From an uncultured Lacinutrix sp. (GTDB taxonomy: Bacteria; Bacteroidota; Bacteroidia; Flavobacteriales; Flavobacteriaceae): a stretch of 64,000 nt of DNA. The translations under genes were made by a program, and so were the position numbers. Location of the stretch: assembly GCA_937129145.1 (NCBI GenBank), contig CAKZMU010000009.1, forward strand, positions 80,551 through 144,550. The letters are read 5' to 3'. Below the pieces are notes generated by a model. The model worked only from the letters and a program-made list of their open reading frames with translations, was not told where the DNA came from and searched no databases. Positions 1-10,482 of this stretch are shown here, in pieces (position 1 is the stretch's first letter; the number at the start of each line of letters is the position of its first letter).

Positions 1-537
1 AGTGAGTATGGTGCTCCAGGAGTGATTATTACCACGCCTAAAGTACTCGAACGTAAACCTAACAATATTCCAGAGCATTTAAAAACCCAAATGCAGGTCG
101 CTACTTTTGGCTATGGTAATGCAAATACCAATTTCGATATATTGGTTATTTCTAAAAAAATGGCATCAACAGAGCCTCCAGGAGGTCATGACCAAGAGCA
201 AACCAAAGAAGACGAAAACAAAATAGACCTTATTCAAGTAGCAGAGGCGCACCTTAAAAACTTTGAGAGTAGAGGCGTAAAAAATATTATCATAAAAAAT
301 GAACAGTTTATAACACCAAATGGTCAAGAAGGTTTAAAAACCTACGGAACTGGCGATTTTGTTACCGAAAACGGAAACGAAGAAAGGGGTAAATATGTCA
401 TTCTTGGCTTTACAACTGAAAATTTATTGCAAGAAGTAATTTTAGTTTGGAAAGAAGACGATGTATATGCCGACCAAATTATGGAGCGTGTTTTAAATTC
501 CATAGAATTAATTAAACTAGAAGAAGACGAAGAATAA
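1..537 (+). CDS. Hypothetical protein immediately upstream of batA; 5' end truncated by the window edge, since frame 1 is open from nt 1 and the track start at 22 is a GTG
   Basis: Open frame from the window start; it sits where Bacteroidota Bat operons carry a conserved hypothetical gene before batA; its stop overlaps the batA start. Confidence 0.5.
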   Translation, partial: SEYGAPGVIITTPKVLERKPNNIPEHLKTQMQVATFGYGNANTNFDILVISKKMASTEPPGGHDQEQTKEDENKIDLIQVAEAHLKNFESRGVKNIIIKNEQFITPNGQEGLKTYGTGDFVTENGNEERGKYVILGFTTENLLQEVILVWKEDDVYADQIMERVLNSIELIKLEEDEE

Positions 538-1544
538 TGCTAGAAGGAATAGACTTTTTAAATAAACAGATGTTTTGGGCATTCTTAACAATACCCTTAG
601 CAATTCTTTGGTATGTTTTTAAGCACAAAAAACAAATAGCAGAGTTTAAAATTTCTAGTATCAAAGGGTTCAAAACAGGAAGCTCATTATTGCCAAAATT
701 AAAACATGCTTTGTTCTTTTTACGATTGCTTGCTTTAGCATTATTAATTACAGCTTTGGCAAGACCACAAACGGTTGATGTATCCACAAAAACAAAAACC
801 ACCCGAGGAATAGATATCGTTATGGCAATAGATGTATCTGCAAGTATGCTCGCCAAAGATTTAAAACCAAACCGACTGGAAGCCTTAAAAAATGTAGCTG
901 CCGAATTTATTAACGGAAGACCCAACGACAGGATTGGACTCGTAGAATACGCTGGAGAAAGCTATACAAAAACACCAATTACAAGCGATAAATCTATTGT
1001 ATTACGCTCTTTAAGAGACATTAAGTACAATACTATTATAGATGGAGGTACTGCCATTGGTATGGGATTAGCAACTGCTGTAAATAGAATTAAAGACAGT
1101 AAAGCAAAAAGTAAAATCATTATTTTATTAACAGATGGTGTCAATAATGCAGGGTTTATAGACCCAAATACTGCAAGCGAATTAGCTCTTGAATATGGCA
1201 TAAAAACTTATACTATTGGCTTGGGAACAAACGGTATGGCATTGTCGCCAATTGCTCAAAGCCAAACAACTGGACAATTTCAATATGGTAGAATTCAAGT
1301 AGAAATTGACGAAGAGCTGCTAAAAGAAATAGCAAATGTTACTGGAGGACAATATTTTAGAGCGACTGATAATAGAAAATTAAAAGAAATCTATAAGGAG
1401 ATTGACAAATTAGAAAAAACAGATGTTGAGGAGTTTAAATTCTATAATTACGAAGAAAAATATAGGCCATTGGTGCTGTTCGCTGGTATATTGTTGCTCA
1501 TAGAATTATTATTACGATTTACAATTTTTAGAAGCTTTGTATAA
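537..1544 (+). CDS. batA: Aerotolerance protein BatA (von Willebrand factor type A domain, N-terminal TM)
   Basis: VWA motif DVSASM…LLTDGVNN, TM helices at both ends, first of two tandem paralogs followed by TPR/BatD/BatE genes. Confidence 0.85.
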   Translation: MLEGIDFLNKQMFWAFLTIPLAILWYVFKHKKQIAEFKISSIKGFKTGSSLLPKLKHALFFLRLLALALLITALARPQTVDVSTKTKTTRGIDIVMAIDVSASMLAKDLKPNRLEALKNVAAEFINGRPNDRIGLVEYAGESYTKTPITSDKSIVLRSLRDIKYNTIIDGGTAIGMGLATAVNRIKDSKAKSKIIILLTDGVNNAGFIDPNTASELALEYGIKTYTIGLGTNGMALSPIAQSQTTGQFQYGRIQVEIDEELLKEIANVTGGQYFRATDNRKLKEIYKEIDKLEKTDVEEFKFYNYEEKYRPLVLFAGILLLIELLLRFTIFRSFV

Positions 1545-2582
1545 ATGTTTCAATTAGAAGAAAAAATATGGTTTTGGCTACTACTTATCATTCCTGTGAT
1601 AGTGGTTCTCTTTTTGGTGCTTCAAATTTGGAAACGACACGTGCAAAAAAAGTTTGCAAACGACCATTTATTAAAGCGATTAAGCCCAAACAAATCAACG
1701 TTTAAATCGGTATTAAAAGTTATTGTTTTATGTTTAGCTTTTGCGTGTTTAACCATTGCGATGGTAAACCCTAAAATAGGCACTAAATTAGAAACCATAA
1801 AACGTGAAGGCGTTGATATTGTGTTCGCAGTCGATGTGTCTAAAAGTATGCTAGCTGAAGATATCGCTCCAAACCGACTAGAAAAATCAAAACAATTAGT
1901 CACTCAAATAATTAACAATCTAGCGAGTGATAGAATAGGAATTATTGCATACGCAGGAAAAGCATTTCCGCAGTTACCAATTACTACCGATTACGCGTCT
2001 GCAAAAATGTTTCTACAAAGCATGAATACCGATATGCTGTCATCACAAGGAACAGCAATAGACGAAGCCATTCAACTTGCAAAAACCTATTACGATGATG
2101 AGGAGCAAACCAATAGGGTGCTTATTATTATTTCTGATGGTGAAGACCATAGCAATATTGCCACTTCAATAGCTCAAGAAGCAAGCGATGAAGGCATTAA
2201 AATATTCACGATTGGTGTAGGCGAAACCAAAGGCGCTCCAATACCTATTAAACGAAACGGCATTGTTCTTAATTATAAGAAAGACAATCAAGGAGAAACC
2301 GTTGTTACCAAGCTCAATGAAGAAACATTAATTGATATTGCGAAAGAGGCAAACGGACAATATATTAACGGAAATAATACTGCCGAAGTGGTTGAAATCA
2401 TCCGGGATATTTTAAACAATATGGATAAAAAGGAGTTTGAAGCGAAGCAATTTGCAGAGTATAAAGACCAATTTCAATGGTTTTTGGGCTTAGGAATTTT
2501 CTTTTTACTCATAGACATATTTTTACTTGAACGTAAAACAGCATGGTTAAACCGTTTAAATTTATTTAACGAAAACTTATGA
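1545..2582 (+). CDS. batB: Aerotolerance protein BatB (VWA domain)
   Basis: Paralog of the preceding ORF (DVSKSM…IISDGEDH MIDAS-like motifs); translationally coupled, with its start adjacent to the batA stop. Confidence 0.85.
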   Translation: MFQLEEKIWFWLLLIIPVIVVLFLVLQIWKRHVQKKFANDHLLKRLSPNKSTFKSVLKVIVLCLAFACLTIAMVNPKIGTKLETIKREGVDIVFAVDVSKSMLAEDIAPNRLEKSKQLVTQIINNLASDRIGIIAYAGKAFPQLPITTDYASAKMFLQSMNTDMLSSQGTAIDEAIQLAKTYYDDEEQTNRVLIIISDGEDHSNIATSIAQEASDEGIKIFTIGVGETKGAPIPIKRNGIVLNYKKDNQGETVVTKLNEETLIDIAKEANGQYINGNNTAEVVEIIRDILNNMDKKEFEAKQFAEYKDQFQWFLGLGIFFLLIDIFLLERKTAWLNRLNLFNENL

Positions 2583-2647
2583 TTTTTTCACATAAAAAAG
2601 TAGTAATATTCGGTATGATTCATCAAACAGGGTCAAATCTATTTAAT

Positions 2648-3463
2648 ATGAAATACGTATTTGCATTTTTACTAACACTATCATTTTCTGTTGTTTTTGC
2701 ACAAGAAAAAGATAAAGCATTGCAAAAGTCCAACGATTTTGTCTATCAAGGTAATAGTTTGATTGAAGACGATTTTATTTCAGCAGAAAAAGAATACAGA
2801 AAAGCCATTTCAAAAAAACCGAGTAACGCTGTAGGTGCTTACAATTTAGGAAACGCCTATTACGAAACCAAAAACTTTGACGAAGCTTTATTGCGCCACA
2901 TAGAAGCTGCTAATGTTGCTAAAACCAAAGAAGAAAAGCACAGAGCATTTCACAATATTGGCAACACCTTAATGGAGCAAAAAAAGTGTAAAGAAGCGGT
3001 TGAGGCTTATAAAAACGCTTTAAGAAATAACCCAAGTGATGAAGAGTCCCGATACAATCTCGTAGTTGCTAAAGAATGTGCTGAACAACAGCAACAAAAC
3101 GAAGACGAGAACAAGGATAAGGACAAAAAAGACGAAGAGAAAGAAGACGAGAAGAAAGAGGATGAAGAAAAGAAGGACGATGGCGAAAAAGAAGATGAAA
3201 ACAAAGACGAAGGCGACCAAGATAAAAAAGATGGTGACCAAAAAGAAGATGAAGAAGGAAAGCCTAAAGACGATGAAAATCAGAAAAAAGATAGCGACCC
3301 TAAAAACCAGAAAGAAAAGCCACAACAGCAACCTGGAAAATTATCGCCTCAGCAAGTTAAAAACTTGTTAGAAGCCATGAATAATGAAGAGAAAAAGGTG
3401 CAACAAAAAATAAATGCTAAAAAAGCCAAAGGAAAGAAAGTAAAAGCCGAAAAAGATTGGTAA
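2648..3463 (+). CDS. batC: BatC: TPR-repeat protein with a signal peptide and a long charged D/E/K low-complexity tail
   Basis: Signal peptide MKYVFAFLLTLSFSVVFAQ, TPR-like AYNLGNAYY repeats, acidic/basic tail; sits at the BatC position of the operon. The track ORF starts at 2579, but the internal Met at 2648 gives the signal peptide. Confidence 0.7.
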   Translation: MKYVFAFLLTLSFSVVFAQEKDKALQKSNDFVYQGNSLIEDDFISAEKEYRKAISKKPSNAVGAYNLGNAYYETKNFDEALLRHIEAANVAKTKEEKHRAFHNIGNTLMEQKKCKEAVEAYKNALRNNPSDEESRYNLVVAKECAEQQQQNEDENKDKDKKDEEKEDEKKEDEEKKDDGEKEDENKDEGDQDKKDGDQKEDEEGKPKDDENQKKDSDPKNQKEKPQQQPGKLSPQQVKNLLEAMNNEEKKVQQKINAKKAKGKKVKAEKDW

Positions 3464-5232
3464 AAATGAAGTCTAAGCTCCTTATAATTACATTCTTAAT
3501 TACCTGTTTTGCTTCAGCACAAGTTACTTTTGAAGCGAAAGTCAGCAAGAAAAAATTAGGCATAAACGAGCGTTTACGCATTGATTTTGTGATGAATAAG
3601 GATGGCGATAACTTCACGCCACCTAGTTTTGAAAATTTTACTATTGTGGGTGGACCAAGTCAAACCATAAGCACACAATGGCTAAACGGCGTTAAAAAAT
3701 CTTCAAAAACGTTTAGCTACTTCTTAGCACCAAAAAAAAGAGGAAAATTCACTATTGGTCAATCTACTATAGAAATTGATGGTGAAATCTACAAAACAGT
3801 CCCTGTTACTATAGAGGTGACTGCTGCTATAGACAAACCAAAAGACCCTAACGACCCTAATTATATTGCTTCCCAAAGCATCCATTTGGTTGCCGAAGTC
3901 TCTAAAACCAATCCTTATTTAAACGAGGCTATTACAGTAGTTTACAAGCTCTATATTTCGCCAAATACAGGCGTTGAAACATGGCGAGAACTGGACAATC
4001 CTAGATATACCGATTTTTGGAGTCAGAATATAAATGTAAAAGAATTAAAGCTAATCCCAAGTAAATATAAAGGTGAAGATTATAGATATGTAGTATTAAG
4101 AAAAACTGTGTTATACCCTCAAAAAACAGGGAAGTTAAATATTGAACCTTTAACTTTAGATGTTAAAGTACAAGTGCCAACCAATAGACGTGATATTTTT
4201 GGAAGTAGGATGGTGAAAATGGTAAGTCGTACGGTTGCAGCAGGCAATAGAACAATTAATGTAAAGCCATTACCTGAAGCTGGGAAGCCATTGGGTTTTT
4301 CAGGAGCTGTTGGGGATTTTGACTTTGAGGTATCTACAAATAAAAGTAAGTTAAAAGCGACCGAGGCATTACAAGCTACAATAAAAGTATCTGGGAAAGG
4401 GAATTTAAAATTGTTTGAGCTTCCTAAATTAACATTGCCAAGTTCATTGGAAGTGTATGAACCAGAACACAGCGAAAAAGTATCCACAAACTTATCGGGA
4501 ATGCAAGGTCAAATAGCCGATAATTATACCATAGTACCTTCCTTTCAAGGAAAATACCCAATACCAAGTGTGTCGTTTTCATATTTTGACTTAAAAACGA
4601 AAAGGTATAAAACAATCACATCAGACGAAATTGTTATAAATGTCAACGAAGGTCCAATTAACAATAGTGCTGAACGCAACGACAATAATTCAAACCTTAC
4701 AAAGCAGCCTATTACGCAATCTGGAGGACAATTTCTATCGTTTAAAACAACAACAAAGTTCATTCCTAAAGAATCTTCGTATTTCTTTAAATCACGATTA
4801 TTTTGGATATTGTTGTTAGTGCCTTTTTTAATGATACCGCTGGCAATTTTCTTAAGACATAAAAAAGAAGAAAGAGACGGTGATGTTGTTGGAAACAAGA
4901 TTAGAGCAGCCAATAAATTAGCACGCAAATACTTGGGTGAGGCTAAAAAATCTTTAGGCAATAAAGAACAGTTTTATAACGCATTGGAACGTGCTTTACA
5001 TAATTATCTAAAAGCCAAACTGAATATTGAAACGAGTGACTTTAGTAAAGATAAAATTGAAGATTTATTAGCGAATAAATCTGTAAATAAAGATTCTATA
5101 GCAGAGTTTATTGATTTATTAAAAAGTTGCGAATTGGCTAGATATACGCCATTTACAAATGTAGAAATGCAACAGGATTATACTAAGGCATCACAAGTAA
5201 TATCTATTATTGACAAACAAATAAGACGATAA
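3457..5232 (+). CDS. batD: BatD (oxygen-tolerance protein; signal peptide, one C-terminal TM)
   Basis: ~590 aa with an N-terminal signal, a TM near aa 455 followed by a cytoplasmic helical tail; position in the operon. Confidence 0.8.
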   Translation: MVKMKSKLLIITFLITCFASAQVTFEAKVSKKKLGINERLRIDFVMNKDGDNFTPPSFENFTIVGGPSQTISTQWLNGVKKSSKTFSYFLAPKKRGKFTIGQSTIEIDGEIYKTVPVTIEVTAAIDKPKDPNDPNYIASQSIHLVAEVSKTNPYLNEAITVVYKLYISPNTGVETWRELDNPRYTDFWSQNINVKELKLIPSKYKGEDYRYVVLRKTVLYPQKTGKLNIEPLTLDVKVQVPTNRRDIFGSRMVKMVSRTVAAGNRTINVKPLPEAGKPLGFSGAVGDFDFEVSTNKSKLKATEALQATIKVSGKGNLKLFELPKLTLPSSLEVYEPEHSEKVSTNLSGMQGQIADNYTIVPSFQGKYPIPSVSFSYFDLKTKRYKTITSDEIVINVNEGPINNSAERNDNNSNLTKQPITQSGGQFLSFKTTTKFIPKESSYFFKSRLFWILLLVPFLMIPLAIFLRHKKEERDGDVVGNKIRAANKLARKYLGEAKKSLGNKEQFYNALERALHNYLKAKLNIETSDFSKDKIEDLLANKSVNKDSIAEFIDLLKSCELARYTPFTNVEMQQDYTKASQVISIIDKQIRR

Positions 5233-5233
5233 T

Positions 5234-5995
5234 ATGAAGAAGATATTATACATACTAACAATTTTATTATGTACTTCTCTAGGTGCTCAAAATAACGTAT
5301 TGTTTGATGCTGGAAACAAAGCCTATAACGAAGGTGACTATCAAGAAGCTATTAATAGTTATGAAAGAATTTTAAACCAAGGCGTACATTCAAGCGAATT
5401 GTATTTTAACCTAGGCAATGCTTACTATAAACTTAATAGAATTGCACCAAGCATTTACTATTATGAAAAAGCCCTACAACTATCACCCAAAAACAAAGAC
5501 GTTAAAGCTAATTTGAGTTTTGCTAAAAACATGACCATAGACGCTATTGAAACTGTGCCAGAAATTGGGTTGTCGAGGATAAGTAAAAGCATTATAAACG
5601 CCTTTAGTTTTGATGCTTGGGCAATGTTTTCGGTAGGATTGGTTATGGTTTTTGCAATTCTGTTTTTAGGCTATTATTTTTCAAGCGCAACCTCTAAAAA
5701 GCGACTGGCTTTTATTGTGAGTTCATCGGCTATTATATTAGCTATTGTTTGTTTGTTTTTTGCCTATCAAAAATATAAATATGTACAAAAAGATAAACCA
5801 GCCATAGTTTTTGCTAAAGAAACCGATATTAAAACAGACCCAAATTTAAGAAGTGAAGTGGCCTTTACACTTCACGAAGGCACCAAAGTTCAGGTTTTGG
5901 AAACCTATGATGAAAATTGGACCAAAATAAAACTGGCAGATGGAAAAACAGGCTGGATTCCAACGGAAGATATTAAGCTGTTGAACAATATTTAA
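5234..5995 (+). CDS. batE: BatE (TPR repeats + TM + C-terminal SH3-like domain)
   Basis: TPR motifs (AYNEGDYQEAINSYERIL…), a central TM, a C-terminal SH3b-like segment (TKVQVLETYDENWTKIKLADGKTGWIP). Confidence 0.75.
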   Translation: MKKILYILTILLCTSLGAQNNVLFDAGNKAYNEGDYQEAINSYERILNQGVHSSELYFNLGNAYYKLNRIAPSIYYYEKALQLSPKNKDVKANLSFAKNMTIDAIETVPEIGLSRISKSIINAFSFDAWAMFSVGLVMVFAILFLGYYFSSATSKKRLAFIVSSSAIILAIVCLFFAYQKYKYVQKDKPAIVFAKETDIKTDPNLRSEVAFTLHEGTKVQVLETYDENWTKIKLADGKTGWIPTEDIKLLNNI

Positions 5996-6055
5996 TATTT
6001 CCTTAACAATTTTAACAAAATCAAAAAGTATATTTGCTTTTCAAAATTTTTTTGG

Positions 6056-6343
6056 ATGAACAAAAGTACTATTGCGCTTCTTTTTTCTATGTTATTTGTG
6101 GCCCTAATATCTGCGCCATCAATAATTAGTGCAGTAGATGATTCTGTTGATATATCCATACTGTACAGTATAACCGAAGAGGAAAATGAAAACATTAAAC
6201 TCACACTACCAGACAGTAAGCTCAAAGAAACAGATAATTTGTTTACAAATTCAAGTGACAAGCATTTAGTATATCGCAATAAAAAATATACTAAACCTCA
6301 CCTTAATTTAACCTTACCACCTCCAGAACAAAGTATTTTATAA
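6056..6343 (+). CDS. Small secreted hypothetical protein
   Basis: 95-aa ORF with an N-terminal signal-peptide-like segment; no recognisable domain. Confidence 0.3.
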   Translation: MNKSTIALLFSMLFVALISAPSIISAVDDSVDISILYSITEEENENIKLTLPDSKLKETDNLFTNSSDKHLVYRNKKYTKPHLNLTLPPPEQSIL

Positions 6344-6469
6344 GCGGCTACACAAGGCTTCTAAGCCTGTGGCAGTTTGTCTAATAGAGAATCTATTAGT
6401 TGAAAAATAAATTATAGCTGTGTATTTTAGATATAACAGCCATAAAATTTTTAAATAAAATACTAAGTT

Positions 6470-7150
6470 TTGAAAAAAACAAGAACACATTTAAAATCAA
6501 AAATTACATTGTTGGTCTTTGCACTAACATTGCCTTTCATTGGGTTTAGTCAGGATAGTAATTTTGGAAATTGGTTAATTTACATTGGGAATAAAAAACT
6601 AAACTCCAAATGGAATATCCATAACGAAGTTCAGTACAGAAACTATAATGCTGTAGGAGATTTAGAGCAATTATTACTTCGTACAGGATTAGGTTACAAT
6701 ATTTCTAGCAAAGACAATATCTTGTTAGGATATGGTTATATCCTATCTGAAAACTATATAGGAAATACGGATGATAAAGCATCAGTTAACGAACATCGTA
6801 TATTTCAACAATTTACAACCAAACAAAATATTGGTAAGGTAAAGTTGAGTCATCGTTACCGTTTTGAACAACGTTTTGTTGAAGACGATTTTAAATTGCG
6901 ATTCCGTTATTTTTTAAGCCTTAATGTTCCCTTAAAAACAAATGATTCAGGAACAAGTCCGTTTTACCTTTCAGCTTACAATGAAATTTTCCTAAACTCC
7001 AAAAGCAGTATTTTTGACAGAAATCGTGTCTATGGAGGATTAGGATATAATGTCAATAAAAATGTAAGGGTTGAATTAGGCTATATGAACCAATTTTTTG
7101 AAACAACTAGTAGAGACCAATTAAATTTAATAACGTTTGTTACTTTTTAA
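6470..7150 (+). CDS. DUF2490-like outer-membrane beta-barrel protein
   Basis: Signal peptide, ~225 aa, alternating aromatic/hydrophilic beta-strand pattern, C-terminal F; resembles the DUF2490 family. Confidence 0.5.
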   Translation: MKKTRTHLKSKITLLVFALTLPFIGFSQDSNFGNWLIYIGNKKLNSKWNIHNEVQYRNYNAVGDLEQLLLRTGLGYNISSKDNILLGYGYILSENYIGNTDDKASVNEHRIFQQFTTKQNIGKVKLSHRYRFEQRFVEDDFKLRFRYFLSLNVPLKTNDSGTSPFYLSAYNEIFLNSKSSIFDRNRVYGGLGYNVNKNVRVELGYMNQFFETTSRDQLNLITFVTF

Positions 7151-7183
7151 AAAATGTTTAAGTAACAATAAAAACCACTAACC

Positions 7184-9046
7184 ATGAAAAATCTATTTTC
7201 GAATTTAAGAGGTGATATTTTTGGAGGTGTTACAGCAGGGATTGTAGCATTACCTTTAGCATTAGCCTTTGGTGTATCCTCAGGATTAGGTCCAAGCGCT
7301 GGATTATATGGCGCAATTTTTATTAGCTTTTTTGCTGCACTTTTTGGAGGAACAAATACTCAAATTTCTGGACCAACTGCACCTATGACAGCCGTAAGTA
7401 TGGTTGTTATTGCAGGTGTTATTGCTGTAAACGATGGCGATGTTGAAAAAGCACTTCCAGCTATATTAACAGTATTTATTTTAGCAGGATTAATGCAAAT
7501 AGGTCTTGGTGCTTTAGGGCTTGGTAAGTATATTAGGTACATCCCTTATCCTGTTGTATCTGGATTTATGACAGCTATTGGAGTCATAATTTTAGTCACT
7601 CAAATTTTACCATCTTTAGGGTATTATCCAAAAGACGATGTGGAGTTTGTTGAGAGCTTCAAACCAGTAGCTGAAGAGTTAATATTGGAAAACATCCTAA
7701 AAGAAGAAGCGGGAGAAGGCATTTTGGTGCTTGAAGATTTTAAAGAAACAATTGACAGAGCTGAAAAAGTAACACCAAACCAAATACTCAAAGAATCTCA
7801 AACTCTAGCAGCTAAGGATGCGTCTGGTGTAATGGGAGCATTTAAAGTATTACCAAGAGCCTTACAAAATATTAATTGGCTTGAACTACTACTGGCTCTC
7901 GGTACTATATTTATCATTTATGGGTTTAAACGAATCACAAAAGCAGTTCCAAGCACATTGGTCGCATTGGTTGTAATGACCTCGATTGCCATTGGATTTA
8001 GTCTTAATTATCAGCCAATCGAAAGAATACCTGAAGGATTACCAACTATTAAAACTGAAATCTTCACCCAATTTAGCTTAGGCTCTATAACACCATATAT
8101 ATTTACAGCATTGACACTAGCACTATTGGGTGCAATCGATTCTCTATTAACTAGCGTTGTTGCCGATAATATGACAAAGACTAAACACAAACCTAATAAA
8201 GAATTAGTAGGTCAAGGAATTGGAAATACCATAGGCGCATTATTTGGAGGAATTCCTGGAGCTGGAGCTACAATTCGTACTGTAGTTAATATTAATTCTG
8301 GGGGGAAAACTAAGTTGTCAGGAATGATAGCTGGAATTATGTTGTTAATAATTCTATTGGCTTTAGCACCATTGGCATCAAAAATTCCTGCAGCAGTTTT
8401 AGCTGGAATTTTAATTACTGTTGGGATAGGTGTGATGGATTATAAAGGGCTAAGGGCTATTCCTGCTTTACCAAAAGATATAAAAGTAGGGCCTCTAAAA
8501 TTAAGCTCAGAAGTAGTCGTAATGCTAATCGTATTATTATTATCTACTTTTTGGAATTTAGTATTTGCTGTTGGAATTGGATTGGTAATTGCGTCATTAA
8601 TGTTTATGAAGAAAATTGGTGATTTAACCGCCGAACGTAGTGATGTGAAACCGCTAAAAGAAGAAGCTTGGAAAGATGAAATAGGATTCCCAGAAAACCT
8701 TAAAGAAGAAGTGTTTATCAAGCACCTTAAAGGGCCTTTGTTTTTTGGTTCCACAAGTGAATTCCAAAATCTTACTTTACAAATCCCAGATACCGCAAGT
8801 ACAGTAATCATGAGATTAGGCCGTATGCAGTATATGGACCAATCTGGATTATATGCCATGGAAGATATGCTTCAGGCACTACAAACTAAAGGTGTGGAAG
8901 TGTTGTTTGTAAATCTATTACAACAACCACGCTATATGATGGAACGAATTGATATTATTCCAGATTTTATTCCAGAAGAGCACATTTTCAATAGCTTTGA
9001 TGACTGTGCAAGCTGGGTTAAAGAAAACGTAAAAGACACGCATTAA
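7184..9046 (+). CDS. SulP-family anion (sulfate/bicarbonate) transporter with a C-terminal STAS domain
   Basis: SulP signature GVTAGIVALPLALAFGVSSGL, multiple TMs, C-terminal STAS (FGSTSEF…); adjacent to a carbonic anhydrase. Confidence 0.85.
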   Translation: MKNLFSNLRGDIFGGVTAGIVALPLALAFGVSSGLGPSAGLYGAIFISFFAALFGGTNTQISGPTAPMTAVSMVVIAGVIAVNDGDVEKALPAILTVFILAGLMQIGLGALGLGKYIRYIPYPVVSGFMTAIGVIILVTQILPSLGYYPKDDVEFVESFKPVAEELILENILKEEAGEGILVLEDFKETIDRAEKVTPNQILKESQTLAAKDASGVMGAFKVLPRALQNINWLELLLALGTIFIIYGFKRITKAVPSTLVALVVMTSIAIGFSLNYQPIERIPEGLPTIKTEIFTQFSLGSITPYIFTALTLALLGAIDSLLTSVVADNMTKTKHKPNKELVGQGIGNTIGALFGGIPGAGATIRTVVNINSGGKTKLSGMIAGIMLLIILLALAPLASKIPAAVLAGILITVGIGVMDYKGLRAIPALPKDIKVGPLKLSSEVVVMLIVLLLSTFWNLVFAVGIGLVIASLMFMKKIGDLTAERSDVKPLKEEAWKDEIGFPENLKEEVFIKHLKGPLFFGSTSEFQNLTLQIPDTASTVIMRLGRMQYMDQSGLYAMEDMLQALQTKGVEVLFVNLLQQPRYMMERIDIIPDFIPEEHIFNSFDDCASWVKENVKDTH

Positions 9047-9066
9047 AAACTTAAAAAATAAAAATC

Positions 9067-9699
9067 ATGATAAAAAATCAAGCAATTACAAAAGACGTAC
9101 AAGACCAATTAACGCCACAATCAGTATTAGCTGATTTAATGGAAGGAAACCAAAGATTTACTTCAGGAAACACTCAAAATGTAGATAATAAAGCATTGGT
9201 AGAACAAACCGTTGGAGGGCAATTTCCTAAAGCAGTTGTGCTATCTTGTATTGACTCAAGAGTACCAGTTGAAACTGTTCTAGACCAAGCCATTGGTGAT
9301 GTGTTTGTAGCTCGTGTCGCTGGAAATTTTGAAAACGTAGATATTCTAGGAAGTATGGAATATTCATGTAAAGTTGCAGGAAGTAAGTTGGTACTAGTAT
9401 TAGGTCACGAGGCTTGTGGTGCTGTAAAAGCAGCTTGCGATGGTGTTGAGCTAGGAAATATTACACATTTATTAAGTAATATTACTCCTGCTGTAAAGCA
9501 ATCGGCAGTTGAGGTTGAAGGTGAAGCAAACTCATCAAACAATGCCTTTGTTGCTAAAACAGTTGAGAACAACGTAAAACTAACTATGGACAGAATTAGA
9601 GAGAAAAGCCCAATTCTTAAAGAAATGGAGGATAATGGCGAGATTTCTATTGTTGGAGGTGTTTACATGTTATCTTCAGGGAAAGTAGAATTATTATAG
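9067..9699 (+). CDS. Beta-class carbonic anhydrase
   Basis: CIDSRVP and HEACGAV zinc-ligand motifs. Confidence 0.85.
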   Translation: MIKNQAITKDVQDQLTPQSVLADLMEGNQRFTSGNTQNVDNKALVEQTVGGQFPKAVVLSCIDSRVPVETVLDQAIGDVFVARVAGNFENVDILGSMEYSCKVAGSKLVLVLGHEACGAVKAACDGVELGNITHLLSNITPAVKQSAVEVEGEANSSNNAFVAKTVENNVKLTMDRIREKSPILKEMEDNGEISIVGGVYMLSSGKVELL

Positions 9700-9713
9700 T
9701 TATTCTATAAGAC

Positions 9714-9742
9714 TAAAAAAGCCGCTTATAGCGGCTTTTTTT
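9714..9742. terminator. Bidirectional rho-independent terminator between the carbonic anhydrase (+) and SOD (-) genes
   Basis: aaaaaGCCGCTtataAGCGGCttttttt hairpin flanked by A and T runs. Confidence 0.65.
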
Positions 9743-9759
9743 ATTGCTTAAAACTAATG

Positions 9760-10368
9760 TTACTTAGCCTCTGCGTAACGTCTTTCGATCTCATTCCAAT
9801 TAATTACATTAAAAAAAGCTTCAATATAATCTGGTCTGCGGTTTTGGTAATTTAAATAGTATGCGTGCTCCCAAACATCCAACCCTAAAATAGGTGTGCC
9901 TCCACAAGTTACTCCTGGCATTAATGGATTGTCTTGATTTGGTGTTGAGCAAACCTCAACTTTACCTCCTTTGTGTACACACAACCAAGCCCAACCTGAA
10001 CCAAATTGAGTCGCAGCTGCTTTACTAAAAGCTTCAATAAAGGCGTCTTTAGAACCGTAAGCTGCTTCAATCGCATCTTTTAATTCTCCAGATAAATAAC
10101 CTCTGTCTTCAGGGTTCATTACTTCCCAAAATAAAGAGTGGTTATAAAACCCTCCTCCATTATTTCTAACAGCGCCATTATTCATATCAAGATTAGTAAG
10201 AATATCTTCAATAGATTTTCCTTCTAAATCTGTTCCTGCAATCGCAGCATTCAGTTTTGTGGTATATCCATTGTGGTGTTTTGAGTGATGTATTTCCATC
10301 GTGCGTGCATCAATGTGAGGCTCTAAGGCATCATACGCATATTTTAATTTCGGTAATTCGAAAGCCAT
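9760..10368 (-). CDS. Fe/Mn superoxide dismutase
   Basis: HHSKHH and DVWEHAYY metal-ligand motifs; 202 aa. Confidence 0.9.
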   Translation of the reverse strand: MAFELPKLKYAYDALEPHIDARTMEIHHSKHHNGYTTKLNAAIAGTDLEGKSIEDILTNLDMNNGAVRNNGGGFYNHSLFWEVMNPEDRGYLSGELKDAIEAAYGSKDAFIEAFSKAAATQFGSGWAWLCVHKGGKVEVCSTPNQDNPLMPGVTCGGTPILGLDVWEHAYYLNYQNRRPDYIEAFFNVINWNEIERRYAEAK

Positions 10369-10482
10369 AATTTTAAGTTTTTATATTAATATTTATTTTC
10401 CTATCAAATTTACAATAATGCTTTAAGTTTTGTGTAATTAAGTTATTAAGTTTCCTTATTTTGGTATAAAAATTATCTTTTC

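Noticed and set aside
3007-3371. ORFs 3066–3371 (+), 3020–3331 (-) and 3007–3204 (-), K-rich, F/L-rich and S/F-rich
   Set aside because: They are alternative-frame readings of the BatC D/E/K low-complexity repeat, and BatC occupies the correct frame.
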